Part shown: in pieces, positions 12,750 through 24,143 of the stretch
Layout of the letters: every line of letters begins with the position of its first letter
Numbering within the stretch: position 1 is the stretch's first letter
NCBI GenBank assembly: GCA_964658305.1
Contig: OZ210885.1
Coordinates: 8,866,001-8,930,000, forward strand
Direction of reading: 5' to 3'
DNA: 64,000 nt
From: Leptogorgia sarmentosa
Lineage: Eukaryota
Made by a program: the position numbers and the translations under genes
Notes under the pieces: model-generated
What the model was told of the DNA's origin: nothing
Seen by the model: the letters and a program-made list of their open reading frames with translations, nothing else
The model's database searches: none

Positions 12750-15700
12750 ATGCCTGGGCGTAATTGCGCCTTTTTTGGCTGCCCAACAAGCCAAAAACAC
12801 GGGCTTTCTTTGTTCAAATTACCGGCTACTCGCAATGACGATAGCGAACATACTGTTGCATTGAAGACCAAAGCAAGAGAAGAATGCCTTCGACTAATAT
12901 TGCGAACAAGAGATCGAATTGACGGCGGAGTTAAAGAAACGTATTGCGGCGAGCAATCTCTATGTTTGCGAGCTGCATTTCAAGCCAGATTGCATTTTAA
13001 CAAGTAAGTTTGAGTTGATATTTGCGCTTGATATTCAAATGCGACATGGCACAATGACCACATGACGTCGTAGAACAAAGAACTCTTTATAGTGTTTATA
13101 CGAATGTTAATATGTCTCTTATGCAAATATTTATACCTATCTTTAGATCCGAAAAGAAAAATTCTTGTTACTGGCAGCGTTCCGACCGAAAATTTACCGA
13201 AGAGAAGCCATGAAATAGAGACAAAGGAACGGCGAACCCTGGTACGAACCCGCCTCTCCTGGCCGAAGTTAAACCATCTACTTCTGCTTCGTCGTCGTTG
13301 TCGTTGCTAGAACAGCTAGATGAAGAGTCATTTGCCCCATGGGAATCAGAAAAGATGGAAAACGGTGACATGCAATTTAAGTTGTGTGATGGTGTTCACA
13401 GTATTGCCAAATACACTGTTAGTGTAAATTCAGCATTGGAATTCACTGTTATGGTATTCCATTGGCCCCTGCCAGAGGATCACGCCATTTACACTGAAAG
13501 AAAGCGTTCAATTAGAGGTGAGGGGGTTAAGGAACTTCTGTCGTTAGTTGAGAACTCCAGCTTGTGTGATGGATTGCCTGAAGATCATCTGACAAAATCG
13601 GTGGCCGTTGACCCAATCTCGGACATCACCCAACAACTTCCAGGGACAGTTATCCGACATTCAGTCCCCAAACGTTTATCCCCAACCCATTTTGAGGTGT
13701 CTGTTAAGCCCATGCCCAAGTGCTAGAAGTATGCTGGAGAGAGCAGAAAGAAAAAAGTCAAGGGCATCATCAACTCCAGCCAGAAGCAAGGCATCCCTGA
13801 GTGCATGTGGGCCTGAAAAGTTACGTGCTACTGTTATCGAGACGAGACTGAAATGTAAGACATTAGAAGATCAGCTGGAAAAGTTGGAAAGAAAATTAAT
13901 GATGAGGGAGTGAGTGTTAGCGATTCGCTGGAGAAAGACCTTCTCAAAATAATGGCAGGGCAAAATCTGGAAGCTTCTCCACATATGAAGTTCTTCTGGC
14001 AAGAGCAAATGAAGCTTCTGCAAGCCAAGAAAATGGGAAGGAGATATCACCCTCAGATCATCAGATTTGCTTTGTCCCTTCATGGAAACTTGCCATCAGC
14101 ATATCGGGAACTGAGAGATAGTGGTGCATTAATTTTACCAAGCGAGAGAGTTCTAAGGGACTGCAAAAACTATTTCAGGCCAAAGGCAGGAATCAACAGT
14201 GAGAACATTGAAGATTTGCGAGGGAAAACTGCCAACTTCAATGATATGCAGAGATATGTTGTGGTTGTCATGGATGAAATGAAAATCCAATCAAATCTTG
14301 TCTTTGATAAGTATTCTGGGGATTTGATTGGATTTATTGATCTTGGGGATCGGATGACCAACTTTGCCAACCTCCAAGAAGAAGATGCCTTGGTCAGTCA
14401 TGCGTTGGCATTTCTTGTAAGAGGAATGTGCACTGACTTAAAACATGTCATTGCATATTTCTTTACAGGAAATGTCACATCATTCCAGTTAATGCCCATT
14501 TTCTGGAAAGTGGTTTCTACTCTGGAGATATCGCTGAAGCTGTGGGTGTGTGCTGCAGTAAATGATGGTGCTTCTCCGAACCGCAAGTTCTTCCGCCTCC
14601 ATGCCAAATTAGCAGCTGACCTGAAGTGTGATATTGTATGCAAGACACCAAATCTTTTTGCAATGTTACGGTCCATCTACTTTTTTGCAGATTCCCCTCA
14701 TTTGATAAAAACTGCAAGGAACTGCTTATACAATTCTGGGTCTGGTTCATGTAGCCGTTACATGTGGAATGATGGCAAGTATCTTTTATTCAGGCACATT
14801 GCAAATCTGTACTACAGCGACCAACAGTTTGCTCTCCACGCTCTTCCCAAGCTGCCGTTGGATCATATTGTTCTTACGCCGTACAGTAAGATGAAGGTAA
14901 TAAATAATACCGTACTATTTAGGAACTCTAGTAAAATACATCTAGCAGATGGGCAATGTATTTGGATATTAATAAGGCATTTTTGTTGTTACTCTTTATT
15001 TATTTCCTCCCTAATTACAAACACGAGAATAAGCAAATGAGTAACAACAAACTGTCATTGTTGTAAAATATACTGTATGGTTGCAAATAATTAATTGCAT
15101 TGATTTTTTATTTATTAGGTGAAGTTGGCTACCAAAGTCTTAAGTACATCTGTTGCTATGGCACTGGAAGAAAGTGGAGATGATGATGTCCTTGCAACAG
15201 CAAATTTCTGCAAAATGATGAATGATTTCTTTGACTGCACAAATGTGAGATCAATGACTGAACATGTCAGTAAAAGAAATCAATTCATCAAGCCATACAC
15301 CTTCCCAGATGATGAGCGATTCAGCTGGCTGAAAGATGTGTTCTTGGGGTACCTGGATAGTTGGAAAGATTCGACAATGACAAGAGATGGCGAATTCTCC
15401 GCTAACGACAGAGGGAAGATGTTTCTTTCCACTCAGACATACGAGTCTCTCAAGATCTCTGTCTACGCCCACATTGAGGCAATTCAGTTCTTGCTTGCTT
15501 AGGGATTTCAATACGTTCTCAGCGAGAGATTTATGCAGGATGTAGTTGAAGACTACTTTGGGCACCAAAGAGCAAAAGGTGGACGGTCAGACAACCCAAC
15601 AGCACAACAATTTGGTTATAATGAGCTCACCATTGCAGCACAAAGGGATATTGCACCGGTTGTACGTGGTAATGTTGGTGGTCGCTATGGGAAAGAGAAG

Positions 15701-15751
15701 TGGTACAAAGTCAGTGACGAACCAGTGCATAAGAGAAAGAAAAAGGAGTGA
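12750..15751 (+). pseudogene. THAP-domain P-element transposase pseudogene
   Basis: THAP motifs MPGRNCAFFGC..FKLP..VCELHF..GSVPT; core motifs DEMKI, NDG, DSPHLIKTARN, KMKVKLA, QDVVEDYFG..GG..NPT. Introns 13004-13146 and 14897-15118; several frameshifts (about 12915, 13260, 13700, 13900); in-frame TAG at 15500-15502. Confidence 0.9.
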
Positions 15752-16144
15752 TTATATTATCTAAATAGAAAGTTGATTTGTGTGTAAGCATTTGAATTTT
15801 GAAAAGCTGTTCTGAGTTTTCCTTTGTCTTTCACAGAAGTAAGTACAGTAATTCTGATTTCATTAAAGGAATGTAAAAAGCTCAGAATGATTTGAATAAA
15901 CATGATGCTAATTACAGTAACAAATGATCTATCTATTGACAATTCACTATTAAAATGTGAATTTCTGCCACTGAAAGTACAGTATTTCAATTTTGTAAAA
16001 TCCAGGCCAGCAAAAGATATATTTAAAAAGCTTTATTAAAACATGGTACGTTCAGTATTTCCCTAATAAAAGTTCTTATTTAATACATGGTTCCTCTACT
16101 ATTTACACTATTTACATACAGTTCATTTCCCATCAGATTTCCCA

Positions 16145-17378
16145 TCAGATTTTTTGTTTCATGTACTTTCTAAGTGCCCTTTTTTTCACTTCCTTTTCTC
16201 TCATCTTATATTTCACTACATAATCTTTAACATAGGAAAAAGATCTTACTTTCAAATAAAGTTTGACAACGTTTTCCAAACATAATTTTGTAGTGGAACT
16301 ATCTGAATTTATCCCGGATGCGAGTACAATGTTATCCCACAATGATTTTACTGTGGGGGACTCCAGCGTAGAAAGGCATACCTTGTCAGTAGGTATATTC
16401 CTTAGAACCAGTTTGGATTTGCTAATTTCGCTTCTAAAAAGGACTTCGGCTTCCTCTAAGATTCCTACCAAATCATTGCATGGTGTGACCAAGCCACCTC
16501 TTGTCCGGGCTGATATGAAACTGTTCGACTCTGCAGATTTCATATTCTGCAGTAATGCTTGAAATTCCTCGTTTTGTGTGGGCTAGACTTTTCTTTGTTC
16601 CTTTTGAACATTTGTGAAACAACATACCCACCAACATAGGAAAGAGGCCCAAGTTCAGCTGGATTGATTTTGACAGGTTGTTCAGCACCAGAGCTAGATT
16701 CTCCTTTATCTCTCATTTGGCTTATGTTATAAAAGCCAACTAAATGATCTGGAATGTGAATCATAATCAGGTTTGCTACTTTGAAGTCCCCACAGTTCAA
16801 CAATTCGCATGATCTCGGTATTAAGCCATAGAAATCCTCGAGCAGCTTGTCTTGATTTTTCTTGGTAATAAATGTTTCATACAATGGCAAAATAGCTTCG
16901 AACAGAGCTTCACCCGCTGATAACGTTTTTAAGCTAGTGTTTATTTCATCGCCATATATATTTTCTTGTGTTATATTGTTTTTTATTGTTTCCACAATCG
17001 AAGCCGTTGTAGCTTGACAAAGACCTGTGTTTACACGTGAACCCGAATCAACACTTTCGCCTCTATGTTTCGAGTTGCTATGTCTCGTTAGTCCACCTTT
17101 CGATTTACATATTTTACCACACTTCGTGCAAGGAAATTCTTTCTGACCTTCGATTTCAACCAAAGCATCAATAAACTCTTAATCTACTTCTGTAACGTAA
17201 GATCACGATTGGCAAGATCGACAGAAATATTCATATGATATAAATCACCAACTTCTGAAATCTCATCCTCGCTGTCACACTCCAAGCGACGTTCCTCTGC
17301 CTCATCCGCTAATTTTTCTTCTAAATGTTGGCTAACCTCAAGATTAAGATTCATTTCACGCTCCATAACAAGAAACAA
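16145..17378 (-). pseudogene. Second P-element gene: acidic N-terminus, C2H2 finger and P-transposase C-terminal-like domain (disrupted)
   Basis: CTKC..HSNSKH finger; LSYVGGYVV, TRGGLVTP and LYLKVR motifs. A frameshift near 16575 joins ORFs 16540-17163 and 16145-16543; there is a stop/frameshift near 17180. It lies inside the TIRs. Confidence 0.7.
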
Positions 17379-17943
17379 AAATTTTAGACCGGCCTCAGAA
17401 GCTATAAAGCAAACAAAACGCTTTTGATTGTGTCAAACCACTCCTCGGAAGTATCAAATTACAAGTTGCGAAGCTCGCTCGATGAACACTTCGCATCACG
17501 TGATATTTTTCTCTTTGATCCTCCACATCATTTGCCGCCCTCTTTGAAGTTTCGCCGCTAGCCTAACCATCTAGGTCTACTAACCGTGATTTTACTAAAT
17601 TCATATGAACCTAGCCTCAATCTTGTTAATTTTTGTGCTTCAAGTACTGCACCATGTTCAAAAACTACTATTTTTACGTAGAACAGATTTACCTGGAAAT
17701 TCAAATCTTGTAGATACTCGTGTATAATTAGCAAATCGGAATAGTATACTATTTCTCAATGCTCGACTTCATGCTCAGTTTATTTAAGGTATGGCAATGT
17801 TGATCAGCGCCCCACGCCAAGCTGAAAGCTTGGCGTGGAGTTGCGGCGCACGACTCACCCGAATTCTGGGGTGGGTGGGTCGCTCGCCACTTGCTTCTCA
17901 ACGGTGTAACTGAACAAGAGCCGAGTTTATGGCGTTTTCCACC

Positions 17944-19310
17944 TTTTTGTATCTGCGTGACGTAGAGACGCAGATATATTGCTATCGTGTTGTTAGCTGT
18001 TAGCTGTTAGCTGTTAGCTGTTAACTGTTAGCTTGCAGCCAATCAGCGAATTCGTTAGTTAAATTTAGCCAATAGGCGACAACGTAACATTGAGATGACG
18101 TAATTCTCACTGAGCCCACCCGCAAATTTAAGGGAACCAACGTGGAGTTCTTGCGGGCTAAATATTACAAAATGGCGGCTGATATAGGCGCGAGCTAAAG
18201 AGTGGTGATGTGTTTGTCTGATTGATCGTGGATTTTGTTTCGCATGAATATCCAGATAAAAAGAAATATAATGTTCGCAGCGACGAGCGACTTCACTGAA
18301 ATAGAGGTTAATTTATGAGCGTTTGCGCCGTTTAGAACACTATTTATACTAAGGAAATTTATACGCAAAAATATCATGACACAAATTGCAGACATTGGCA
18401 TTGCTTTTAAAGATATTAATTAAAGAGGTTCGCGTTCGCTATGCAATTTAGATCATCAAAGCAAAAATATCATGACGCAATTTATACAATTGAACACGGC
18501 AAATATTTAAGGTTATGAAAGAGTTTAATGACTTGACACAATTGCGCGTATATTTTCCCTACGATACTTTAGCGCGTCGGCATTGTCGCACTGACACACT
18601 GTACATGTTTGGACTGCCCGCGATGTCATTGTGGTCACGGAATATCTACTATATTTTCACGCTTCGCCACACAGAATGGTTGAAACATTCAATCCCAGAA
18701 AAATAGAGTTTCGTAGCGTGTAATAAAACGGGTTTGTGCGTTTATTAAGCGCGAGACAAAACAAACGAAATCATATATAGTTTCAAGTACTCTGTTTTGA
18801 ACCTACGCGTAATGCGCATACCGATCATACATACATTTTAGCGTCTACGCAAATGCGCATGAATGGACGGAATATATTGTATATAAATATATTATTATGA
18901 TACGGTATTGAAAAGGGTAAATTTGGTTTTTAGAGAGCCACATTTTTCACAAACAATCGCAAAGCGCTGTGTCTATTTTAAAGACGCAATAACATAAAAT
19001 GCGATATCATATGTCGTCAAGTTTCAATTCCTTATGCAATTTGATATATGATCGCGGGAATTCCGGAATGCGAGATAGTCATGAAAGCTTATATCAAGTA
19101 TTGAATACGTCTCCGCACAATCTCACGTCTTGAAAGGAATTATATTTGCGCTATTCGCTTATTCCCTAGCAGTAAACCATTTTATACATGCAAGATCGCG
19201 TATTCGGGACAGATAAGATGCGTGTATCGAAAAGCTGAAAACAAATAAGACTTGATCATCAAGCTACATACAGTAGGCGCAGATACATGTACACTTTGTG
19301 TACCTATTTT
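17944..19310 (+). mobile_element. Helentron-associated non-autonomous element (HINE/DINE-1-like)
   Basis: T5 + subTIR GTATCTGCG with adjacent inverted copy; (CTGTTAG)n microsatellite; 3' subTIR CGCAGATAC at 19278-19286; hairpin GTACAC-TTT-GTGTAC; T-run; no TSD seen. Confidence 0.75.
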
Positions 19311-19641
19311 ATAGCTTTGTTACCCATTCATGCGCATAATCTATGCCATTATGCTTGATAATACCTTTGTTTGTCCTTAATTTGTTTGTTGTCTCAACCG
19401 TAGTTAATGAGAAACGTTCTTATCTGCAACGCTCTGCACTGATATGCATGAAGACAGAAAACCGGTGGTTAACCACAGTTAAATGGATAGCAGGCTTTCG
19501 TAGATTGATTACGTTAATTGCCGTTAATTTGTATTTCCTAAGATAATTGCATGTAATGAAAAGAATTCCTTTGGTATTCTTATAACCAATCGTAATTACA
19601 AATACATGCAGAATGACGATGTAAACCTCCTTGATAACAAA

Positions 19642-20226
19642 ACAATAAGTGCTAAGATATTTTATAATTTGATATTTCGCTCGTGTTGTGTTTGTCATTG
19701 TCGTCTGTGTGTACCAAATATTCCGTATCTCTACACTCTTCCTTGTATTCATATAATAAACAAATTACTTCATGCGCAGTTGACTCGTTTGTTCGAATTT
19801 TATTATTTGCGAATCGTACACATCTCTATTTACATCATTGACGAAAGGGAAATGTTTTATGAGATTTGGCGATTGTCTACTTATACACTTTGCTTTAGAA
19901 AATTCGTACAGTTCCTCTCGTTTACAGAAAGACAATACATAGAGATTGGCTACTTCACGTTTGGCGAGTGCATGCGATTATTATTTACCAATTGTGATGG
20001 TAACTCGCTAAACTCGCTAAATAAACCAGTGAGCGCAGTGAACGAGTGAGCTTAGCGATCACAACGAGTGAATAATAACGGTACAAATGAGCAACTGTGA
20101 AGTTATTTGTTTATTACAGGCGTATAAAGAAGAGTAGAGATACGGAATATTTGAAACTGACAGACAACAATTACAAACACAACGCAAGCAAAATATCAAG
20201 ATATAAAATTTCTCACCACTTATTGC
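19642..20226. repeat. Diverged inverted repeat pair of about 165 bp (old MITE-like)
   Basis: 19642-19810 is the imperfect reverse complement of 20065-20226 (e.g. AAATATTCCGTATCTCTAC / GTAGAGATACGGAATATTT). Confidence 0.6.
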
Positions 20227-20895
20227 AACGGTGCTTTTTGCCTTGAACAGTGGATAGATGCACACTCATTTCTCTTCTGGTTTGAAATATGTCAATACGA
20301 AGTCTTGGAATGGATTTAATGTGAAGTTACAGGGTTCCACATAAAGCGTATCACGCGGTTGTTGTGCAGTTTCAGTGTACGTTTCCAGTCCATTCTTTTG
20401 ATAGTTTATGGTCTAGTCCATTAGAATAAGGTTCAATATGCGACCACACTCCTAAATTCCGAAGTGTTCAGCGAACACTAAATAAGTGTAAATTTGCACA
20501 ATTTTGGTGTGGCTAAATGGGTGAGAGGGCGCGAATATTCCTATATCGTGTTTTGCATTGATTAATTTCTTTGGAAATCCCTCCTATTATCAGTAATAAA
20601 TACAAACCAGATTTTTTTATGAAATTTATATAGCTATATTTAAAATAGTGACAAATGGTCCAGCACGTGGGAACAATATTATATATTACATTACAATTTA
20701 AATTTGCATCTTAACTTTCACAATCCGCTAAATCGTATCGCATTCTAATGTACTTTCTCACAATTCCTATAAATATCTAAAGGATGGTAGTCTAGTAGAT
20801 CATCGTAATTTATTGCTACAAAGTTATTTATCAATGCAACCTCATATGAATGGAGGTGCTTGCGATAGCTCAATGTGTGCATTTTTTTACAAAGT

Positions 20896-21816
20896 AAAAA
20901 ATAGGTTCGCAAAGCGTACATGTATCTGCGAATGGTGAAGCAGAACTGACGGATGAGTCGTCGGAAAGCGCAATCGGACATGCTAAAAAGTCCAGGTTGC
21001 GCTTAAATCTACCTCTAAAGTATTGGTTTGCAAGCAATAAATGAACCTAAACTAAAGCTAACCCTAAATATGAAACTAATCGAACCCCAAAGCCTAACGC
21101 ACAAAACATTAAAACCTAGAACTATACTCAAACAGATTTCCTAAATCAGCATGCTGTCTTATTAAATATGCGATGTTCTCATATACAGCATTTCTCACCT
21201 TCCTCCTTCGACTCTTTCGTGAAAAATACGAGGAAATTCCTTGGGAAAAAACTTTCTTTGTGCCTCCAATATGCATAAAACTATGGCTTTATACTGAATA
21301 TCGTGGGATTACCTAATATTACATGTAAATGTCATTAAATTATTTAATTATATCGTTTTGGCCTTATTTCAATTTTGACCGCCATCTTGAATATGATTAG
21401 ATTTAACCTGCGAACAGGCTACTTCAACAGAATGTATCCAGTTTTATATAGCGTGCTGTGACAAAACCGTTCATGGGTCGGCCATCTGGACAGTGTGCTC
21501 TGTACGCATTTTCAATTTACAAATCGAAACGCCGATGAAACAGCACGCTGCCGTTTCAAATGCTTTGTTAAATTACAACTGCACATTGACACGGACCTGC
21601 AAAGTCAAGATTGTTTGCTTAAACCGTCGTACTTAAACACTGCACTTCACATTTTCGCAAAAATCCGATCGAACATCGCCTTCACTCCTCGAACGCCGCC
21701 ATCTTGCATTACGTAATTATAAGCAAAAGCTCGTCGCTGATTGGCTAGAAGCTAACAGCTAACAGCTAACAGCTAACAGGGTCATAGCATAGTATCTGCG
21801 TTCGCAGATACAAAAA
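20896..21816 (-). mobile_element. Second HINE/DINE-1-like element with the same ends, opposite orientation
   Basis: Minus strand: TTTTTGTATCTGCGAACGCAGATAC, (CTGTTAG)n, 3' subTIR at 20922-20930, then hairpin and T-run. Confidence 0.72.
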
Positions 21817-21819
21817 TTG

Positions 21820-21904
21820 AGCCTCATCAGAGATTTGAACTCTGGACCCCTGGTTTACCAGCTGTTTTACTAGACCAGTGCTCTAACCCCTGAGCTAATG
21901 AGAC
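21820..21904 (-). tRNA. tRNA-Thr(AGT) with 12-nt intron-like insert in the anticodon loop
   Basis: Full cloverleaf, 73+12 nt; loop reads CT AGT A [AAACAGCTGGTA] A; T5 run just downstream. Confidence 0.75.
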
Positions 21905-22163
21905 ATGCTTGCCCATTGAATTTTATTACCTAATTTACCTTTGCTATTCTTCACTAATTCAGTTCATATTGCAAAATGATTAAAATTGAGATTATGTCCT
22001 GGTTTTCTATCTTTGACAAACGATTAAAGTTCCTCACTTTCTGTTACAAGTTCCTCGCTTATTGACTTCCTGTGTGAAAGTTGTAATTTAAAACCACGAA
22101 ATGGCACCACAAATTTCGAACAATAATTATCTAATTAAACTGAATTATTTTGCGCATAAGTCA

Positions 22164-22236
22164 GTTTCCGTAGTGTAGTAGTTATCACATGCGCTTAACA
22201 CGCGCAAGGTCCTCAGTTCAATCCTGGGCGGAAACA
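22164..22236 (+). tRNA. tRNA-Val(AAC), D-loop GG altered
   Basis: GTTTCCG/CGGAAAC acceptor stem; TGCGC TT AAC AC GCGCA anticodon arm. Confidence 0.75.
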
Positions 22237-22350
22237 TACATATGAGCTTTTTTAACTGGATATTTTTTTCCCTGGAAATTTTCAATAAAACACGATGTGA
22301 ATACATCTATTAATGTGAATACATCTATTTCCATATTTACGCATAGGTCA

Positions 22351-22423
22351 GTTTCCGTAGCGTAGTTGTTATCACATGCGCTTAACACGCGCAAGGTCCT
22401 CACTTCGAACCTGGGCGGAAACA
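22351..22423 (+). pseudogene. tRNA-Val(AAC) degenerate tandem copy
   Basis: Same body as 22164, with D-loop and G53 substitutions. Confidence 0.7.
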
Positions 22424-22471
22424 TACATATGAGCTTTTTTAACTGCAGATATTTTTTTGTTTGGAATTTCT

Positions 22472-22526
22472 CGTGACAAGTTTCTGCACTTGAGTCTGGC
22501 GCCTTAGACCGCTCGGTTATGCTGAC
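22472..22526 (-). pseudogene. tRNA-Leu(CAA) 5' half plus start of intron
   Basis: Matches the 5' exon and first intron bases of the gene at 53765. Confidence 0.7.
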
Positions 22527-22954
22527 TCACATGAAAACATGGAATTTGCTACCACATTTATTCTTTGCTACCTTCAACATGCCACATCCCGTTCTGATTT
22601 TCTCTTGACAACTGACGTGAGCCGAATACGTGACGGAGGCACACGTTATTTTATTGGAATTTTTTCAATCAATCGCAGTTAGAATCGAACGATTTTAAAA
22701 CCATTGTCAATTTTCAATGGTCATCGGAAATACTGTGTTTATGTTGTTTTTGTATTATCTTGTTAGTGTTTGGGAGGGTGAAATTGAGGAATTGGTATAC
22801 TTCTCGTGTAGTGCACCAAGATGCAGGAGTGGGATTCAGATGCTTTTCCAATTTAGATAAGAAAACATGTTGATAAATTAAAAAACATGCATGCACTGGT
22901 AAAAGTAAATGCAAGTCGTGCATCTTTCAAAAATAGTCCGCACGTCCAAGCAAC

Positions 22955-23029
22955 GTAATCATGGCCGAGAGGTTAGGCGACAGACTAGAAATCTGTTGGG
23001 AGTTTCCCGCGCAAATCCTGCCGACTACG
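22955..23029 (+). pseudogene. tRNA-Ser(AGA) pseudogene
   Basis: Ser body with a deletion in the T arm. Confidence 0.7.
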
Positions 23030-23333
23030 TTATGCAAAGCCTTCACGATTTTGTCCTCGAATGTGAACATGATTTTTTTGGTGAAAAAACTCGATGACAG
23101 GAAGTTGTGTTCTCGGTTGTGGTGGCTGAGTGTTTTAAGTGACAGATTCAATGCCCAAGTTTTCCATCTACAAAATCAACAGAAAGAAGTCGCGTTTTTT
23201 ATTGCATTAAAGTTATGAAACATCCCAAGAAAGATTTTGTATTTGAATGTAAAATTGAAAGAACGGAGGTCCGTGAATTGATTATAGCTGCGTTTGAAAG
23301 TATATGTACGTAATTAACCTAGTCGAGAGCTCA

Positions 23334-23405
23334 GGGAGTGTAGCTCAGTGGTAGAGCATTCGACTGCAGATCGAGAGGTCGGTGGTTCCAATCCGCCCGC
23401 TCCTT
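23334..23405 (+). tRNA. tRNA-Cys(GCA)
   Basis: TTCGA CT GCA GA TCGAG anticodon arm; A and B boxes present (T loop TTCCAAT). Confidence 0.75.
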
Positions 23406-23618
23406 CTTATCACACCTATAAACTGTAAAACTTTCAACTTCATGGGAAAAAATGCAACCCAAAGGGTCAAGATGCATATACTGCCATTCGTGTTAAATAT
23501 ATCCACCAATACTTGAACACGATTAGTCCTTCTGTTAAGTACTAAAAAATTTTGTTCGAGTTTACGGGCAGATTGAAGATTTATTCATATCGAAGTGCAA
23601 GCCAATATTAATGTCAAC

Positions 23619-23700
23619 GTAGTCGTGGCCGAGCGGTTAAGGCGACAGACTTGAAATCTGTTGGGAAATTCCCGCACAGGTTCAAATCCTGCCGACTACA
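23619..23700 (+). tRNA. tRNA-Ser(TGA)
   Basis: 82 nt with long variable arm; ACAGA CT TGA AA TCTGT; a few substitutions relative to paralogs. Confidence 0.75.
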
Positions 23701-23907
23701 CAACAGCAAATTTTCAAAATTTTCTATGCACAATGTATTTGGGAAAATTTTGGTGTTATAGGATGCAGTAAAGGAGAAAAAAGAGAAAAGTTATAAAAAG
23801 AAGTTCACTAAGAAACTTTTTTAAAGCAAAGTTTTCAACTTCTAACTCAACTCCGAAGGACGAGTGCTATTTGAGGTCTTTGGAAAATTCACGAGTTTAT
23901 CTCTGTG

Positions 23908-23924
23908 GTCTGTGTGGCGCAACT

Positions 23925-23957
<33 letters not shown>

Positions 23958-23985
23958 TTGGTTCGAGTCCAACGTGAGAGAGACG
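23908..23985 (+). pseudogene. tRNA-Asn(GTT), acceptor stem disrupted
   Basis: Body matches the 58227 copy, but the 3' strand is altered. Confidence 0.7.
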
Positions 23986-24143
23986 TGTTTGGTGTGATGT
24001 TATTCAGACGTCGTGACGGTAAAAGTAACCGATTTTTTGAGTGGGATTTACTAAGGATTTTGGAAAGCTTTCAAAAAAGAGAACAACTTAGTTGGTTTAC
24101 TAACTAGGGCTTGCACGGGAATCAAACCGGTGACCTCCCGCAC

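Larger units (their letters stand above)
10536..17588 (+). mobile_element. P-superfamily DNA transposon, full length, decayed
   Basis: Perfect 30-bp TIRs CACGGTTAGTAGACCTAGATGGTTAGGCTA (10536-10565 / 17559-17588); 7-bp TSD ATTTTAC (10529-10535 / 17589-17595); encloses a THAP-transposase. Confidence 0.95.

Noticed and set aside
17812..17838. Perfect 12-bp hairpin CCACGCCAAGCT-GAA-AGCTTGGCGTGG as terminator or ncRNA
   Set aside because: No supporting context; most likely a fragment of another repeat end.
23619..23700. Ser tRNAs with TGA as opal suppressor or selenocysteine tRNA
   Set aside because: Anticodon TGA reads UCA (Ser); a suppressor or tRNA-Sec would need TCA.
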